Shown here piece after piece: positions 42,588 through 55,059 of a DNA stretch of 64,000 bases. The position numbers were made by a program, and so were the translations under genes. The notes beneath the pieces are model-generated. The model saw only the letters and a list, made by a program, of their open reading frames with translations, was not told where the DNA came from and made no database searches. Source of the stretch: Macrostomum lignano (Eukaryota); NCBI GenBank assembly GCA_002269645.1, contig NIVC01002381.1, positions 62,001 to 126,000 of the forward strand. Direction: 5' to 3'. How positions within the stretch are numbered: position 1 is the first letter of the stretch; each line of letters begins with the position of its first letter.

Positions 42588-44169
42588 GGCGAGAACTGAC
42601 TGTCTGAATGAACGGGGGGAGGGGGTAGGGTTGGGATCAGCTCTCAGGCAGCTGTCAGACCAGAGAGTCGGACTGACATCAGTGGCTCTACAAATGAAAA
42701 AAACCGTTAGACCAAGCAAGGAGAACAATTAGTTTTACAAAATTACGAGTAGTAATGTTGGGTTACTTCCTTAGTACTTAAGCAGTAACCCTGTTGTTAT
42801 ATATAAATGTTGTCTGTTGTCTCTTTCGATTGAAGCTAAAATAAACCTTGATGATGTCCGCTTTGGACGAAAAGCTTTGGCACGAGCTAATTGCACAACA
42901 TTTTTCCTAGCTGCTGGTTCTATTTTTGAATCTGACGCTGATCTCAGAAAAATAATAATGGAGGTTACTAAAAAAAGTCACGTACCGGAGCAGCAGTTGA
43001 CAGATTTGACCCAATGGCTCACAAGGTACAGCCTACCTGATCGATATTTTAGTTCCATATTTCTGCTTTAAATAGCTATCCAAATATATACCATATGGTT
43101 GAACCTGTTATGAGGGATTTTTAGTGAAGAAAACTAGCAATCAGCGCCCCCTGTTGGGGAGCCAACATGGTATGGAATAAAAATTATTGAACAAACTACA
43201 TTTAGCTTCTGACTACTCCTCAGCCTTGATATCTCAGCAATTCCCCGACCAGCCTTGACATTACAGCAATTCTCCCCAAGGATCGCAGCATTAGCAACCT
43301 CCCCATGGCTTGACATCTTAGCAATTGATCCCCAATGAACCTTTTGTGTTTGACATAGCTCTTCTTTTACGTTAGACATGACAAAAAGTTTTCGTTTCAC
43401 TGGGGAAGGTGCAAAGTATGAAGTTAGTGCGTTTCGAGAGAGGTTGGCCCCCTGTTCCACATTTCTGTGGGACCAACAAATTTAAAGTTAAGAGACGCAG
43501 CTTTATGAGCTTCAATGACAACTCTCACAGCAGTCATATTCATATCACAGGAGCACCCACGGGTTCGCTTGTAAATTTGCAGCCACTGTTCGAAAATGAA
43601 AAGAGCAAATTGGCGAGATCACTTACCGAAATACAGATGCTGAGAATGGCTTAGCGACTTTGTAGCACGGCTGGTTTATGTGAGTTGGTTTTGCTGGCCA
43701 TTAGTTTCAATTAGTTTCAGATATAATATACAGTGTATACCATGCAGTCATACATGTACATGTACAATAGTTGGAATGGCAGACCCCCTACGCACTTGAA
43801 ATCTAATTGGGGTGGGCGAGAATTTCAGATACAAATACCAGCATATTCTGTTCGCAACTGCACGCTCTGGCTGTGATCGGTACAGTACGGAGCTAAGAGG
43901 AAGTTTGGGCAAATTGAGGGGGAACTTCATTGTTTCTCAATCCTCGTCTCCCTCCTTACGTACATGCGTGACGGAGTCATATCACGGGTCTTGGGTGATT
44001 GCGAGCTAAATTCAACTGGCTCTCTCGAGGGCCCGATCACAATCTTGTTCAGTTACCACATAGTAAGTCTATACAAAAGAATCCACATTGACTGTACGTG
44101 TGGTAGCCCAGCATTAATGTTGATCGATAATTTCCGCCTTGTCCTAATGGCAACGCCAAGCAACGGACG

Positions 44170-44646
44170 CTGACGAGCTCGCTCGAACAACAGCAAGTTG
44201 AGATGCCTTCAAGTTTGAGTTAGCAACGCCGCGCCGTGCTACCCACACTCAGTGCAGGTGTTCATGCTTTACCGGCGGTGACAGGTGCGCACTGTGTTTC
44301 GTCGACTGCCTGCTGGCTCGTGCTGTCACCCGAATTTGGTAGGCGGCGGAATGGCCTTTGTTTTCGCGCTATAACGCTGCTTTTTTTAGGCTGTAGGCAT
44401 TCTGGCTCGCGCTCAACGCTTTCGGGGCGAAATCGTCTCAAAAAAACCAGCAGTTTTGCCCATTTCGCAGACTCCAGGGCACATGCATGCGCAAGCGCGC
44501 CAACACTGTATGCTTGGGGGTTGACAAACCCCCTGTGACCAATTTTCCTGCACACAAGCCCCAAATGAGCGAGGCCACACAAGGAATCGAACCCGGGTTC
44601 TTGGCGGGAGAGTCGGACTCGGTTCACCACTGAGCTGATCCGCCCC
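44170..44646 (-). mobile_element. tRNA-derived SINE
   Basis: Minus-strand head GGGGCGGATCAGCTCAGTGG (A box) and GGTTCGATTCC (B box), with no tRNA cloverleaf end. The 3' boundary is approximate. Confidence 0.6.
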
Positions 44647-45559
44647 GTCCGTAACTGTACGAGTATGGAGGGCGGGGATCCTTGACAGACGGTTAAAGGA
44701 TGTCGATATTTCACCAAAAACTATGAGCACTGGTTTTTAAATCTAAGGAATTCAAGCCTGGACATCCAGTCCAAGGAAGCAGCTTCTTAAAGATGTACTT
44801 TAGCAGAACAGACAGCTGCCCCTGAACTAGAATGAGCTGCCTCCAGATCTTCTTCTACGAGCTAGAAGCTGAAGCCGCAACAATAGGCTAGCTTGTGTTC
44901 GTGAATTTTGTGTTTCACCTTTGGGATAGTTCTACAGGTGCAACCGAAGGAACTCGAGCTGTCCGGCTTTGACTTGCGTCCGAGCAGCGTACATACCATA
45001 CTACTTTGTAATAAACCAAACCAATTGAACTAAAAATACAATTGACTGCTGGTCTTATAGAAATGTCATTACCTGATTATATATTTTTTTAAATCAAACC
45101 AAATCAACTCGCCTTATCAAAAACATTGAATGTTGAAGTCTGTAACAGTAGAAAGCGTGAAAAAACTGTATTAAAATACAGCCTGATATTTGGTAAATGA
45201 GTATGAATATAGATGGATATAGTGCTGCATAATTACTGGTTCTACTCAGAAGCGCTAAGCTGGCTCTAAGAGCGAATGAATAAGACACTAAAAATAGCAT
45301 CAGGCAGAGTAGGCACACTGGAGTTGCAGCATTCATTTCTCATTAGTATATAGAAAAAGGGAAGCATAAATCAAATTGGAAACATGTAGAAGAAAATTTG
45401 TGCTAAAATTTACACTCAAAATATTTTTATTTTATAACCAATGCTCAAGCTACACTACTCGGGCAAGCAAGTCAGTAGCATCTAACGAGTGCATTTGCCG
45501 GGCGGTGGGCAACGCGGGTGAAGCGGAGAACATTTTGGACAGCAATAATGTCAGGCAGG

Positions 45560-46140
45560 GGTCCATAGACACGGACAGGTGAGGTCCTTAAACACGGATA
45601 CACGGGGTCAATAGACAAGGACAGGAGGGGTCAGGTGGGATCTATAGATACGGACAGAAGGGTCAGGTGGGGTCCATAGACATGGTCAGGCGGGATCCAT
45701 AGACATGGACAGGTGGGGTCCATAGACATGGACAGGAGGGGTCATATGGGGCCCATAGACATGGATAGGAGGGGTCAGGTGGGTCCATAGACATGGACAG
45801 GGGTCAGGTGGGGTCCATAGACATGAACAGGAGGGGTCCATAGACATGGACAGGAGGGGTCCATAGACATGGACAGGCGGGGTCAGGTAGGCTCCATAGA
45901 CATGGACAGGCGAGGTCAGGTAGGCTCCATAGACACGGACAGGCGGGGTCATGTAGGCTCCATAGACACGGACAGGCGGGGTCAGGTAGGCTCCATAGAC
46001 ATGGACAGGTGGGGTCAGGTAGGCTTCATAGACACGGACAGGCGGGGTCAGGTAGGCTCCATAGACACGGACAGGCGGGGTCATGTAGGCTCCATAGACA
46101 CGGACAGGCGGGGTCAGGTGGGGTCCATAGACATGGACAG
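45560..46140. repeat. ~30-33-bp minisatellite overlapping the zinc-finger stop codon
   Basis: Unit GGGTCCATAGACATGGACAGGCGGGGTCAGGT. Confidence 0.9.
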
Positions 46141-46938
46141 GCGGCGCGCGTGGGCCCGCAGGTGGCGCACCAGGTCGCCGGGGCGCTGGAAGCCGCGCGG
46201 GCAGATCACGCAGTCGAGTCGGCGACCGGCGGCGATGGCGTCTTCGTCCTCGTGCGCCCGCCGGTGGCTGTCCAGGTGGCTGCGGCGGGCGAAGCGGTGC
46301 TGGCAGAGGTCACACTGGAACGGCCGCTCGTTGGCGTGCAGGCGGCGGTGGCTCAGCAGGGAGCCGCTCTGGGCGAAGCTGCGGCCGCACTGGGCGCAGG
46401 CGAACGGCCGCTCGCCAGAGTGCGTGCGGCGGTGGCGGGACAGGTCGGTGTTGCGCGGGAACTGCCGGCCGCACTGGTCGCAGCTGAACGGGCGCTCGTC
46501 GGTGTGCCGGGCCCGCAGATGGCTGCGCAGGTTGCTGAGGCGGGCGAAGCTGGACGGGCACTGCTCGCAGCTGAAGGGCCGCTCGCCGCTGTGCACCCGC
46601 ATGTGGCTGCTGAGGTGGCTCCGCTGGCCGAAGGCGAGGCCGCAGTCGCCGCAGCGGTGCGGTTTCGCGTGGCTCCGCCGATGCCGAGACAGCTGGCGGA
46701 GCTCCGGGAAGCGGCGCGGACAGTCCGGACAGCTGAACTGCTCGGCCGCGGCGGCCTCCATGGCGTCAGGCGGCTGGCGCTGGTCAGGCGCGGACTGCCG
46801 ATCCTCAGTGTGCGGCGGCTGCTGCTGCAAGTCGGGCATGGCGGGGCGGGGGTCAGAGACCAGCTGCTCAGCCGCGGTGTGCATATATTGGGGCCGGCAG
46901 CGGCTCACATGCCGGCTCACTGTGTGGCAATGCGCCAT
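46114..46938 (-). CDS. C2H2 zinc-finger protein with 7 fingers
   Basis: Seven CX2CX12HX3-4H units, several with SGERPF/DERPF linkers. The start codon is uncertain because a TGA lies immediately upstream of ATG 46938. Confidence 0.9.
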   Translation of the reverse strand: MAHCHTVSRHVSRCRPQYMHTAAEQLVSDPRPAMPDLQQQPPHTEDRQSAPDQRQPPDAMEAAAAEQFSCPDCPRRFPELRQLSRHRRSHAKPHRCGDCGLAFGQRSHLSSHMRVHSGERPFSCEQCPSSFARLSNLRSHLRARHTDERPFSCDQCGRQFPRNTDLSRHRRTHSGERPFACAQCGRSFAQSGSLLSHRRLHANERPFQCDLCQHRFARRSHLDSHRRAHEDEDAIAAGRRLDCVICPRGFQRPGDLVRHLRAHARRLSMSMDPT

Positions 46939-47449
46939 TCACATTTCTGCTGCAGTCCCCACCTCACTGAGCTCTGCTCACAGCTCTCAACACTTCCTCG
47001 GACCACCCGGGCCAAGGTGGCTTTTTTCTAACTGCTGCTTTTTTATCGGCCTGCCGCGCTATCTTGCTGGGCCTCCCTCTCTCTCTCTCTCGCTCAGACC
47101 ACTGGCAGCAATCTATGGGAACACCTGTGGAACACCTGCCAGAAGTGAGACGTCCTTTTTTATTAAAAAAAATGGGTGAGCAGGGTGTTCTTCATTTGCC
47201 GATAACTCCGCTAGCTCAGCTAAAATATGCCAAATAAACAAGCAATGTGAAAGACGCACAGGTGTATTGAAATAAAAATAGGGCATGAAACAAAAGTGAA
47301 ATTGAATAGGAAATCAAAGCGTGTATTTGCCATCGGCCTGGCTGTGGCCAAGCAGAGCGATTCGTACATTGCGAGCTCAGCTCGGCAGGCCATGAAGTCA
47401 CTGGGTGCCGCAGCATTAGCTGGATATGAATGAAACTGGCTGCCGCAGC

Positions 47450-49936
47450 TCACACGGGCTTCGTGACCATCAGAGCAGCTGACGGGCACAGGTCCAGCGT
47501 GTACAGCGGCTTCTCCATGTCCTCAGCGGTGAACACCCGCTTTGGGAACAGCGTCATAAGGGCGAAGTCCTCACCAGCCCGGCCGTCTGTCCGGTTGGTT
47601 CGAACGTAGCAGGCCACCGCCGCGAGGCTCTCCTTGGCGCCGAACTGGGTAGTGAGCGGCTGGCCGCCGCCCGGCAGGCGGATCTGCAGCCGGCAGGTGT
47701 CGCCGTCCGACACCGCGGCGGGGGTCGCCGCCTTCGGCAGGCTCGGGCCAGACGGCGCGCCAGCGGCAGCCGCAGGGGCAGCCGGTTGACCCGCGGCCGC
47801 TCGGCGCTCTTCGGCTTCGCGCGCCTCCATCTCGGCGCGGTCCTGCGCGTAGCGCTGCCTAATGCGCGCCAGGTACTCGCGCTGCTCCTCCTTCTCGCGC
47901 CGGCGCGCCTCGGCCTCGCGCTTTAACTCCTGCTCAGCGGACTCCTCGCGCCACTTTTTGAGGCCTTTGCCGTCCGTGCGCCGCTTCCGCTCGCGCTCCA
48001 GCTCCGCCCGGCGCTCCTCAGCCTCCCGCTCTTGGCGCTTCGCCTCCAGCTTGGCCTCCAGCTGGCGCAGCTGCTCCGCCTTCTCCTCGGCTGTCAGGGC
48101 GCGGACCTGCGGTTAGGGCGGGGCGGATTCTGCTTGAGAGCTGAGATGGGGGCGGATTTTGGTTGAGAGCTGAGATGGGGGCGGATTTTGGTTGAGAGCT
48201 GAGATGGGGGCGGATTTTGGTTGAGAGCTGAGATGGGGGCGGATTTTGGTTGAGAGCTGAGATGGGGGCGGATTTTGGTTGAGAGCTGAGATGGGGGCGG
48301 ATCATCCGCTAGTTGGGGGCGGATTATCCGCTAGTTGGGGCGGATCATCCGCTAGTTGGGGGCGGATCATCCGCTAGTTGGGGGCGGATCATCCGCTAGT
48401 TGGGGGCGGATCATCCGCTAGTTGGGGGCGGATCATCCGCTAGTTGGGGGCGGATCATCCGCTAGTTGGGGGCGGATCATCCGCTAGTTGGGGGCGGATC
48501 ATCTGCTAGTTGGGGGCGGATCATCCGCTAGTTGGGGGCAGTGGCGGATCTGGCATTAGATAATGAGTTCGCTGACATTAACAGCCCTTCCCCAGCTGCT
48601 CACCTCCTCCGTGGACTGGGAGAAGTTGGCGTGGCCGGTCTTGGCGGCGTGGAATTCGGCCTCGGCCGGGCTGCGGAACAACTTGCCGCAGTCGTCGCAC
48701 TTCAAAGATTTTGCATCGGCATCGGTGGCCTCCGCCGAGCCGGCGGTGCCTCCCGCCGACTCTCCTGACGCCGCCGACGAAGCAGCTGCCGCGTTGGCTG
48801 CCGGCGCGGGCTCCGGTTCCGGGATCGGGTCGTCAATATCCGGGTCATCCTGGTGGCTGGACAGCCTGCGGAATTTCCGAGGAAAAAGCAGAGTTAGGCA
48901 ATGTTGGCATTGCCGAGTCAGCTGGGGTAAGATCGCTACTTGGTTAGAGGCGATTCTCAGCTGAGGTCAGATGGCGGTTCTCATGGTGAGATCGGGGGGC
49001 GATTCTCATGGTGAGATCAGGGGAGGATTCTCATGGTGAGATCAGGGGGCGATTCTCATGGTTAGATCAGTGGGCAATTCTCATGGTGAGATCAGGGGGC
49101 GATTCTCATGGTGAGATCAGGGGGCGATTCTCATGGTGAGATCAGGGGAGGATTCGCATGGTGAGGTCAGGGGGCGATTCTCATGGTGAGATCAGGGGAG
49201 GATTCGCATGGTGAGGTCAGTGGGCAATTCTCATGGTGAGATCAGGGGGCAATTCTCATGGTGAGATCAGGGGGCAATTCTAATGGTTAGATCAGGGGGC
49301 GATTATCATGGTGAGATCAGGGGGCGATTCTCATGGTGAGATCAGGGGAGGATTCGCATGGTGAGGTCAGGGGGCGATTCTCATGGTGAGATCAGGGGAG
49401 GATTCGCATGGTGAGGTCAGGGAGCGATTCTCATGGTGAGATCAGGGAGCGATTCTCATGGTGAGATCAGGGAGCGATTCTCATGGTGAGATCAGGGAGC
49501 GATTCTTATGGTGAGATCAGTAGGCGGTTCTCAGGTGGTATCAGGTGTCAGTATGGTCAGGGTGGATCCTCGGTTGATGTCAGAGAGTGACTTTGGTCTA
49601 TCAAAATTCAAAGCCAAAATCGACAAACTAAATAAGTTATTACATTGTTACGATATTACTTGTAATATTAGTATACTCGTACTAATTAAACCAGCAAAAA
49701 CATGAGTTGGAGAAACTTGAAGTAATACAATGGACTTACCAGTCCATTGCTGCTTCAATCCCTTTGTTCCCCGACTTCAACAGAGCTTTTTTTCTAAAAA
49801 TAAAAGACAAAATAACGATTTCACTGGCAATGTAGCTTGTAGACATAGCAAGTGATTTATTTGGCATTTCTTACGCTCTGATTTCGGAGAAACCCATGTC
49901 TAAGAGCATGCTCAGGTTGGAGTCATTGGATGACAT
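47450..49936 (-). CDS. UBXN1: UBX domain protein 1 (UBA - C2H2 - coiled coil - UBX), 344 aa, 4 exons
   Basis: Exons 49936-49875, 49793-49740, 48865-48604 and 48106-47450 total 1035 nt. UBA [30 protein letters not shown]; zinc finger LKCDDCGK..EFHAAKTGH; UBX CRLQIRLPGG..FALMTLFPKRVF. AATAAA on the minus strand at 47164-47159. Confidence 0.93.
48120..48540. repeat. Two adjacent minisatellites (29 bp and 22 bp) in UBXN1 intron 3
   Basis: Units CGGATTTTGGTTGAGAGCTGAGATGGGGG and CGGATCATCCGCTAGTTGGGGG. Confidence 0.9.
48965..49520. repeat. 25-bp minisatellite in UBXN1 intron 2
   Basis: Unit ATTCTCATGGTGAGATCAGGGGGCG. Confidence 0.9.
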
Positions 49937-50224
49937 GGCAGATTCGACTGTTGCATGAAGTATTGGATTTGAAAGTTCATTTGTTTAATTGACTTAATTT
50001 GAAGGTTTAAGATAAATTATAATATCTGGTCATTCAGAAGTTATTGTATTTTACAAGTAAATATTATAATTAGTTAGAAAAAATGTATGCATTATATGTA
50101 CATGCAATGTGTCTAAGGCCTTCTCTATTTTGTACAATTAATAATGCTTTTTGCACAAATTGAATTTGCACCAAATCTCTGAAAAATATTTTGTTGAAAT
50201 ATTTATACATGTAATTCAACAGGC

Positions 50225-50440
50225 CAGGGGGTTGTAGCCTAGAGGTTAGAAAGTTGGACTCACGACTAAAACTGAAAAGTTGGGGTTCAATTCCCAATCC
50301 CACTGGAACAATATGTGTCCATGAGCAAGACACTTAATTCTGCATTGCTTCAGTTCACCCAGCTGTAAAATGGGTGCCAGCATTAGCTAGGGTAATTGAG
50401 GGTGTGTGTGACAACCCCCAAGTCCTTGGACTGAACAGCT
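50225..50440 (+). mobile_element. tRNA-derived SINE with a CORE/Meta-like central domain
   Basis: A box TAGCCTAGAGG, B-box-like GGTTCAATTCCC, then GTGTCCATGAGCAAGACACTTAA..CAGCTGTAAAATGGG. A sister copy lies at 59915. Confidence 0.7.
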
Positions 50441-50839
50441 ATACTTATTTGACAATGACCAATTTTTTAAAGTAAGATGTGGAAAGCCTTTTTTATTCTT
50501 TATTTTTAAGCAAAAATCTAATTTTCTGTGATTTCAAATCTGCACAAAAACTAAAAAACAAACTTTTTGTTTAAATAATCATATTTTTCTAAATATTTTT
50601 GTGATTTTTTGTTTTAAATGAACCAAGAAAATAGTATAAATAGATGCAAATTTTCAGACAAGAGAATCAACCTTGCCAACTGTGGTTACATATAATTAAT
50701 AATAAACTAGGTGTAGCAGTTAACAAGAAGTGTTCCAAATGAAATTAAATCTTTGAGAATTCAATTTGACTTGGTTAATTTTCTGAGTGAAGTAGAAAGA
50801 TAATAAGAATATACCATATATACTACTGAGAAGTAGAAA

Positions 50840-51350
50840 ACCATAGTAAAAGAGACAAAGTAGATCTTGAAGCAGACATATAGAGGCCATGACCTTCTAA
50901 TCTCAGAAATGCCCAGGACTAGAAAGATCAATACATGCAATCCATATACTAGTAGAATATATACTGCTCAGGTCAGATATTTATATATATAACACTACTA
51001 GAATTAATTAAGAATGCTACCAATGGAATAATAATGCTATCAGTTAAGAAATAGGAAATACTAAGAACTATTACTTAGACTAATACTTAGATATATACTC
51101 AGACTTAGACAAATATTCAGTTACATATACTAAGAATAAAAGTCCTGCAACGACTGAAAGAGAACAACATAACCATCGGGAAGGATAAGTGCAAGTTTTT
51201 AGTGGATTAAAATAATCTTCATGGGAATGCTACTAACTTGCAAGGATATTTAGGGTCTCAACCAATTCTAAGAAAGTAGAGAATTAGCATAGGAACAACT
51301 AGGTGGAAGCTTTTAGGACATTTACAGAGACTGAAGCAAGACCTTAGTGA
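50840..51350 (+). mobile_element. Highly decayed Gypsy RT relic
   Basis: 51151 onward reads RLKENNITIGKDKCKF..KIIFMG, resembling the Gypsy RT segment L..N..KC.F..FLG. Confidence 0.35.
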
Positions 51351-52329
51351 CACCACACTCTCAAATCTGCTACATGGTACGCTAGAAAAAATGACCCCCT
51401 ATACCATAAATTCAAATTTACACCACAAAAAACTAATTTACTTGTGATCTATATGCCAGACATTATCAAAAAAGCATTTTGGCAATAAAGGATTTTTTTG
51501 TTGCAGCAATACAAGAATAATTTTTTCTTGGAATTGGGATCAGGATTTGGGATTAGGTCTTTTAGTATATTGAAGTTTGTAGGTCCATATAAAGTTAAAC
51601 AAAATTGAGCAAAAAATGTCAATATCAAAAGTAAAACACAACAAAATTGATGCAAAGTTTGGTAATTAACAAAGTAATAACATAATGAATACTGGTAATT
51701 AACAAAGTAATAACATAATGAATACAAGTTAAAACAAAATAAATTTAAATAATTATTAATTCTATAAACTTTTGATCAAAAGAACTGTTCCCAATTCTTG
51801 TGTTTTTTAGGGTTGGGATCCTAGTCCCACAGGAACACAATTTTCCTTGGGATCCTAAGATTTTGGGATTGGGATCCCATCCAATGGTCCAGTGTTGCCA
51901 CTACTTGCGTTTTTAATGTAGCTATATTTTTTTAGCTCTGGTTCTGCGTTGTGCAATAATTTTTTCACCAGATGTAATATCTGCGTTTTTTCTTATTATA
52001 TACACCGTACCCATCCTTTTTCATGATTATAAATAAACAAGCCCAGTTGGTAGTCAAATTTTGACTCTGTTTTATACTTGTCTTTTTAATTTTAAGTAAC
52101 ATTTTTGGTATCTAGCAGTCAGCAAAATGATAATTTGTTTTATTTAATGCTATTACTCTCACTTAAAGCAAAAATTAATTAATCCTTTCCATATATTTCA
52201 GTGTCCTTATTTTGCAAATCAAACTACTGTTGCAGCCAAGTGCCAATGATAATACCAAATAGCAAAGTACCTAGTAAAAGCCACCAAACTCTTTTCAAGA
52301 GAGCTGGATTAAGAAATTGAATGCATAGA

Positions 52330-52710
52330 CTTGGTTTCAAAAAGGCGAAACCCCAACAATTGCTTCATGCTCAGCCTGCAACGATGCCGAAATATCTATG
52401 GCCCAAGCAGGCATTCAAGCTCTGCATTAGCACAAGAAGGGTACTAAGCACATTGTTGCTGTTGCTGTTACCATGAAGTTGCAGCACTCTATCAAGCATT
52501 TTTGCCAAGCCCCTGGCTGAAAAGGTTGATGTAGCTAAGCCAGCTGATCAAGTTATGGAAGCTGAGCTTTGTTGATGTCTCTATCTGTGCAAAACAAATA
52601 CCACAATCAATTTGCAGGATCATTTGGCCCATCTTTTTGATTGAATGTTTCCAGACAGCCAAATTGCTAAAAGATGACCTGCAGTTGAACAAAGCTATTG
52701 ACATTGTACC
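52330..52710 (+). mobile_element. Decayed DNA-transposase N-terminal fragment (hAT-like)
   Basis: Frame-hopping gives ACSAC..SMAQAGIQALH..KGTKH and VFPDSQIAK..TK. A CAGTGTTGCCA end-like motif lies at 51890 and an imperfect inverse at ~53342-53351. Confidence 0.4.
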
Positions 52711-54639
52711 TTCTTGTTCATGCCATGGATCCATTCTTCCAGAAAAGTCTGGTAGAACTGCTGAAAACGACACCAAAACAACACTAGGCCTACTATGTCT
52801 ATCATGCCTATAATGTATATGTCATTAGGCCTACTATATAAATTATTTAATAAGTCAGTTCTTTAGGTCTCTGCCTCAGCCTGAGGCTCAGGGATTAAGT
52901 TAATATAAACATTTTTGGGTAGGATGTTGGCATAGACCTTAGTCCTATACCTAAAATAAGTCATCGTAGTAGTAGTAGTAGTAGTAAGTTTGGCTCAGGC
53001 AAGAAGCCTATTTGGCCAATATATTTCAATGTAGGGGGCCTAATTTAATAAATTTCAATAAATCACACTGAATAGTAATTCAAGAGAGAAGGATGGAGTT
53101 TTGCAATAATATGTAATGTATCTTTATATCTATTTTAAAAGTAATCATATTTTGTACTTATTTTAAATTGTGCATTGTTTGTACTTGTATTCTATTTATA
53201 TTTTACTGTACTTTTTACTGTATGTATTTATGTTTATTTTGCTGGACAGTTTAAAATAAAGCTTGTTTTAATGACTAATAATTAACTAATGTAAATATGA
53301 GTCATCGTTTTTTGTAAGAGTTCGCCGCTCTAATTTGGCATTGGCACTCTGGTCTCGACTGACGATTCAAATATTCAAATGGGACTATTCAAATTTATTA
53401 CAAATATAGTATTTGAAAGAGCACCAAATTTTTCTACGAAACTTTAAACGATCTTTAACGACTAACAAAGCAAAAAGTAAGAAATTAAAAAACAAGTATT
53501 GTATGAAATTTATGTATAGCAATTCGATTGATCCCGTAGGTAATGAAAAATAAGTTGGCGTCACTAGGGGAGCGCATAGATGCTGGCAGGGAGACAGGAT
53601 TTCAATACTAATCTCCGGCTTAAGCCAAAAAAGTTCTGCAACGTCAAAACGAAATGCAAATAGGTATTGATCAGACAATAGCAAAAATCAAATGTAAGGA
53701 TTGTTGGCAATTATTAGGCATTAAAGATGAAGGATATTTTTTAAAAGCAAGTATAGGAGGAAATGACCAAAAAATAGAGCTCTTAAGTCCGCTGATAATA
53801 GAAAATATTTGAGATGAGACTGACACTCGGAAATAACAAACATATCTGCTTCTTCTAAACCACAAAACCTTAAAGCCATTTTACAGGAGAAACAAAGATA
53901 AACAGCCTTAAAAATGGATCTCCCAATTAGAATGATTTTTATAATTAACCAAAAAATGATTCACTTTCCTATTTTCACAGTGCACTAGATTAATATTTGC
54001 AGAGTGCGAAAGTACTCGCTTGCTCTCTGTTGCTTCAAATTTTTATTAATCTATTAATAAAAAAGATTAATAAATTAAAAAATTAATAATTTTTATTTTT
54101 ATTATAACTTAAACGAGAGCAAGCTTTGTGAATGATGTAATATGAGCTGCCCACTAGAGCTACGCACAAAGCGGTTTGCACTCGTACATTTAACAATCAG
54201 CCGATCTCATGAGTAAATGTATATGTCTCATGATTTCCTCATCGTATCCAACTGAAGATGATGATCCTAATGTGAAGAGCAGTCCTTGATGTGAGACTCG
54301 GTTGGCATGCTGACTGTCTTTGTTTCAAAATGAGGCCTAAAACTCGAAGATCGTCTATCTCCTCCTGAGAAAAATGCTGACCTTAATTATAGCTGGGCGA
54401 GGCCGGCTGGGGCGGGTCCATGAGATTTGCCCGCAGTGCATTTTGCCCTTGAGCGAATTGCCCGTCGAGTTTTTCCCGCCGAGATTTGCCCGATTTGCAC
54501 ATACTTTGCATGTAGTGCTATCCCAGACGGCGAACGGGCAGGAATGAGTCAATTAGAGTTAGTCTAGGGATCTTTTGAAGGCTTTAATACTTCTGCATCA
54601 GCTCTATATGGCGACAAGTTGACAAATTTCAGGCCAAAA

Positions 54640-54850
54640 GCGAGAAAGCACATGCACATGTATTTTCTGAGAGTTCAATGTACTTCGTACGAGTAATAGT
54701 GCATCCAGCGGAGAGACTCCTCAGCGCAGGAACCCCTGGAAAGTCTTCTCTGTCCCTGCATGGACACGACAACACCCTGGCCGATTTTCGTGCACAAGCC
54801 TCAAATGAATGTGTGACCGCGGGCACGGAATTGAACGAATTAGGGTCCGC
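54640..54850 (-). mobile_element. Degenerate relative of the 44.2-44.6 kb SINE
   Basis: Shared segments GCACAAGCC[T/C]CAAATGA and GCACATGCA. Confidence 0.35.
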
Positions 54851-55059
54851 CTCTCAATTACAGTAGCTATATGTACAGATACATGCGCCAGAAAGTTTTC
54901 ATCCATGAAATGTTTGGCTATATGAAGTCCTGGCTTGCTAATCTGTCCAATTTAATAAATAATTGAGCATTGATTAATCAGTCGACAAGGCGTTCTGGAG
55001 AACGGGAAGTTTGCAAAGTCACAGCGTCACTGCGAGGGAGCTCCACTCGCAGTCATCGA

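Noticed and set aside
42817-43660. Short ORFs upstream of the IFIT-like gene that look like coding remnants
   Set aside because: No recognisable motif; probably decayed transposon sequence. A blastx search is needed.
44560-44646. tRNA gene candidates at A/B-box sites (also ~6300-6365, 50230 and 59920)
   Set aside because: There is no complete cloverleaf or acceptor stem, and the boxes continue into shared SINE bodies.
44760-45336. Signal-peptide-like ORF MNAATPVCLLCLMLFLVSYSFA with a nearby CTC..CC stretch
   Set aside because: No strong donor/acceptor pair joins them in frame and there is no knottin spacing. It cannot be supported without RNA data.
53385-53900. AT-rich ORF fragments (e.g. 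MQIGIDQTIAKIKCKDCW..)
   Set aside because: They are short, interrupted and cannot be assigned to a family.
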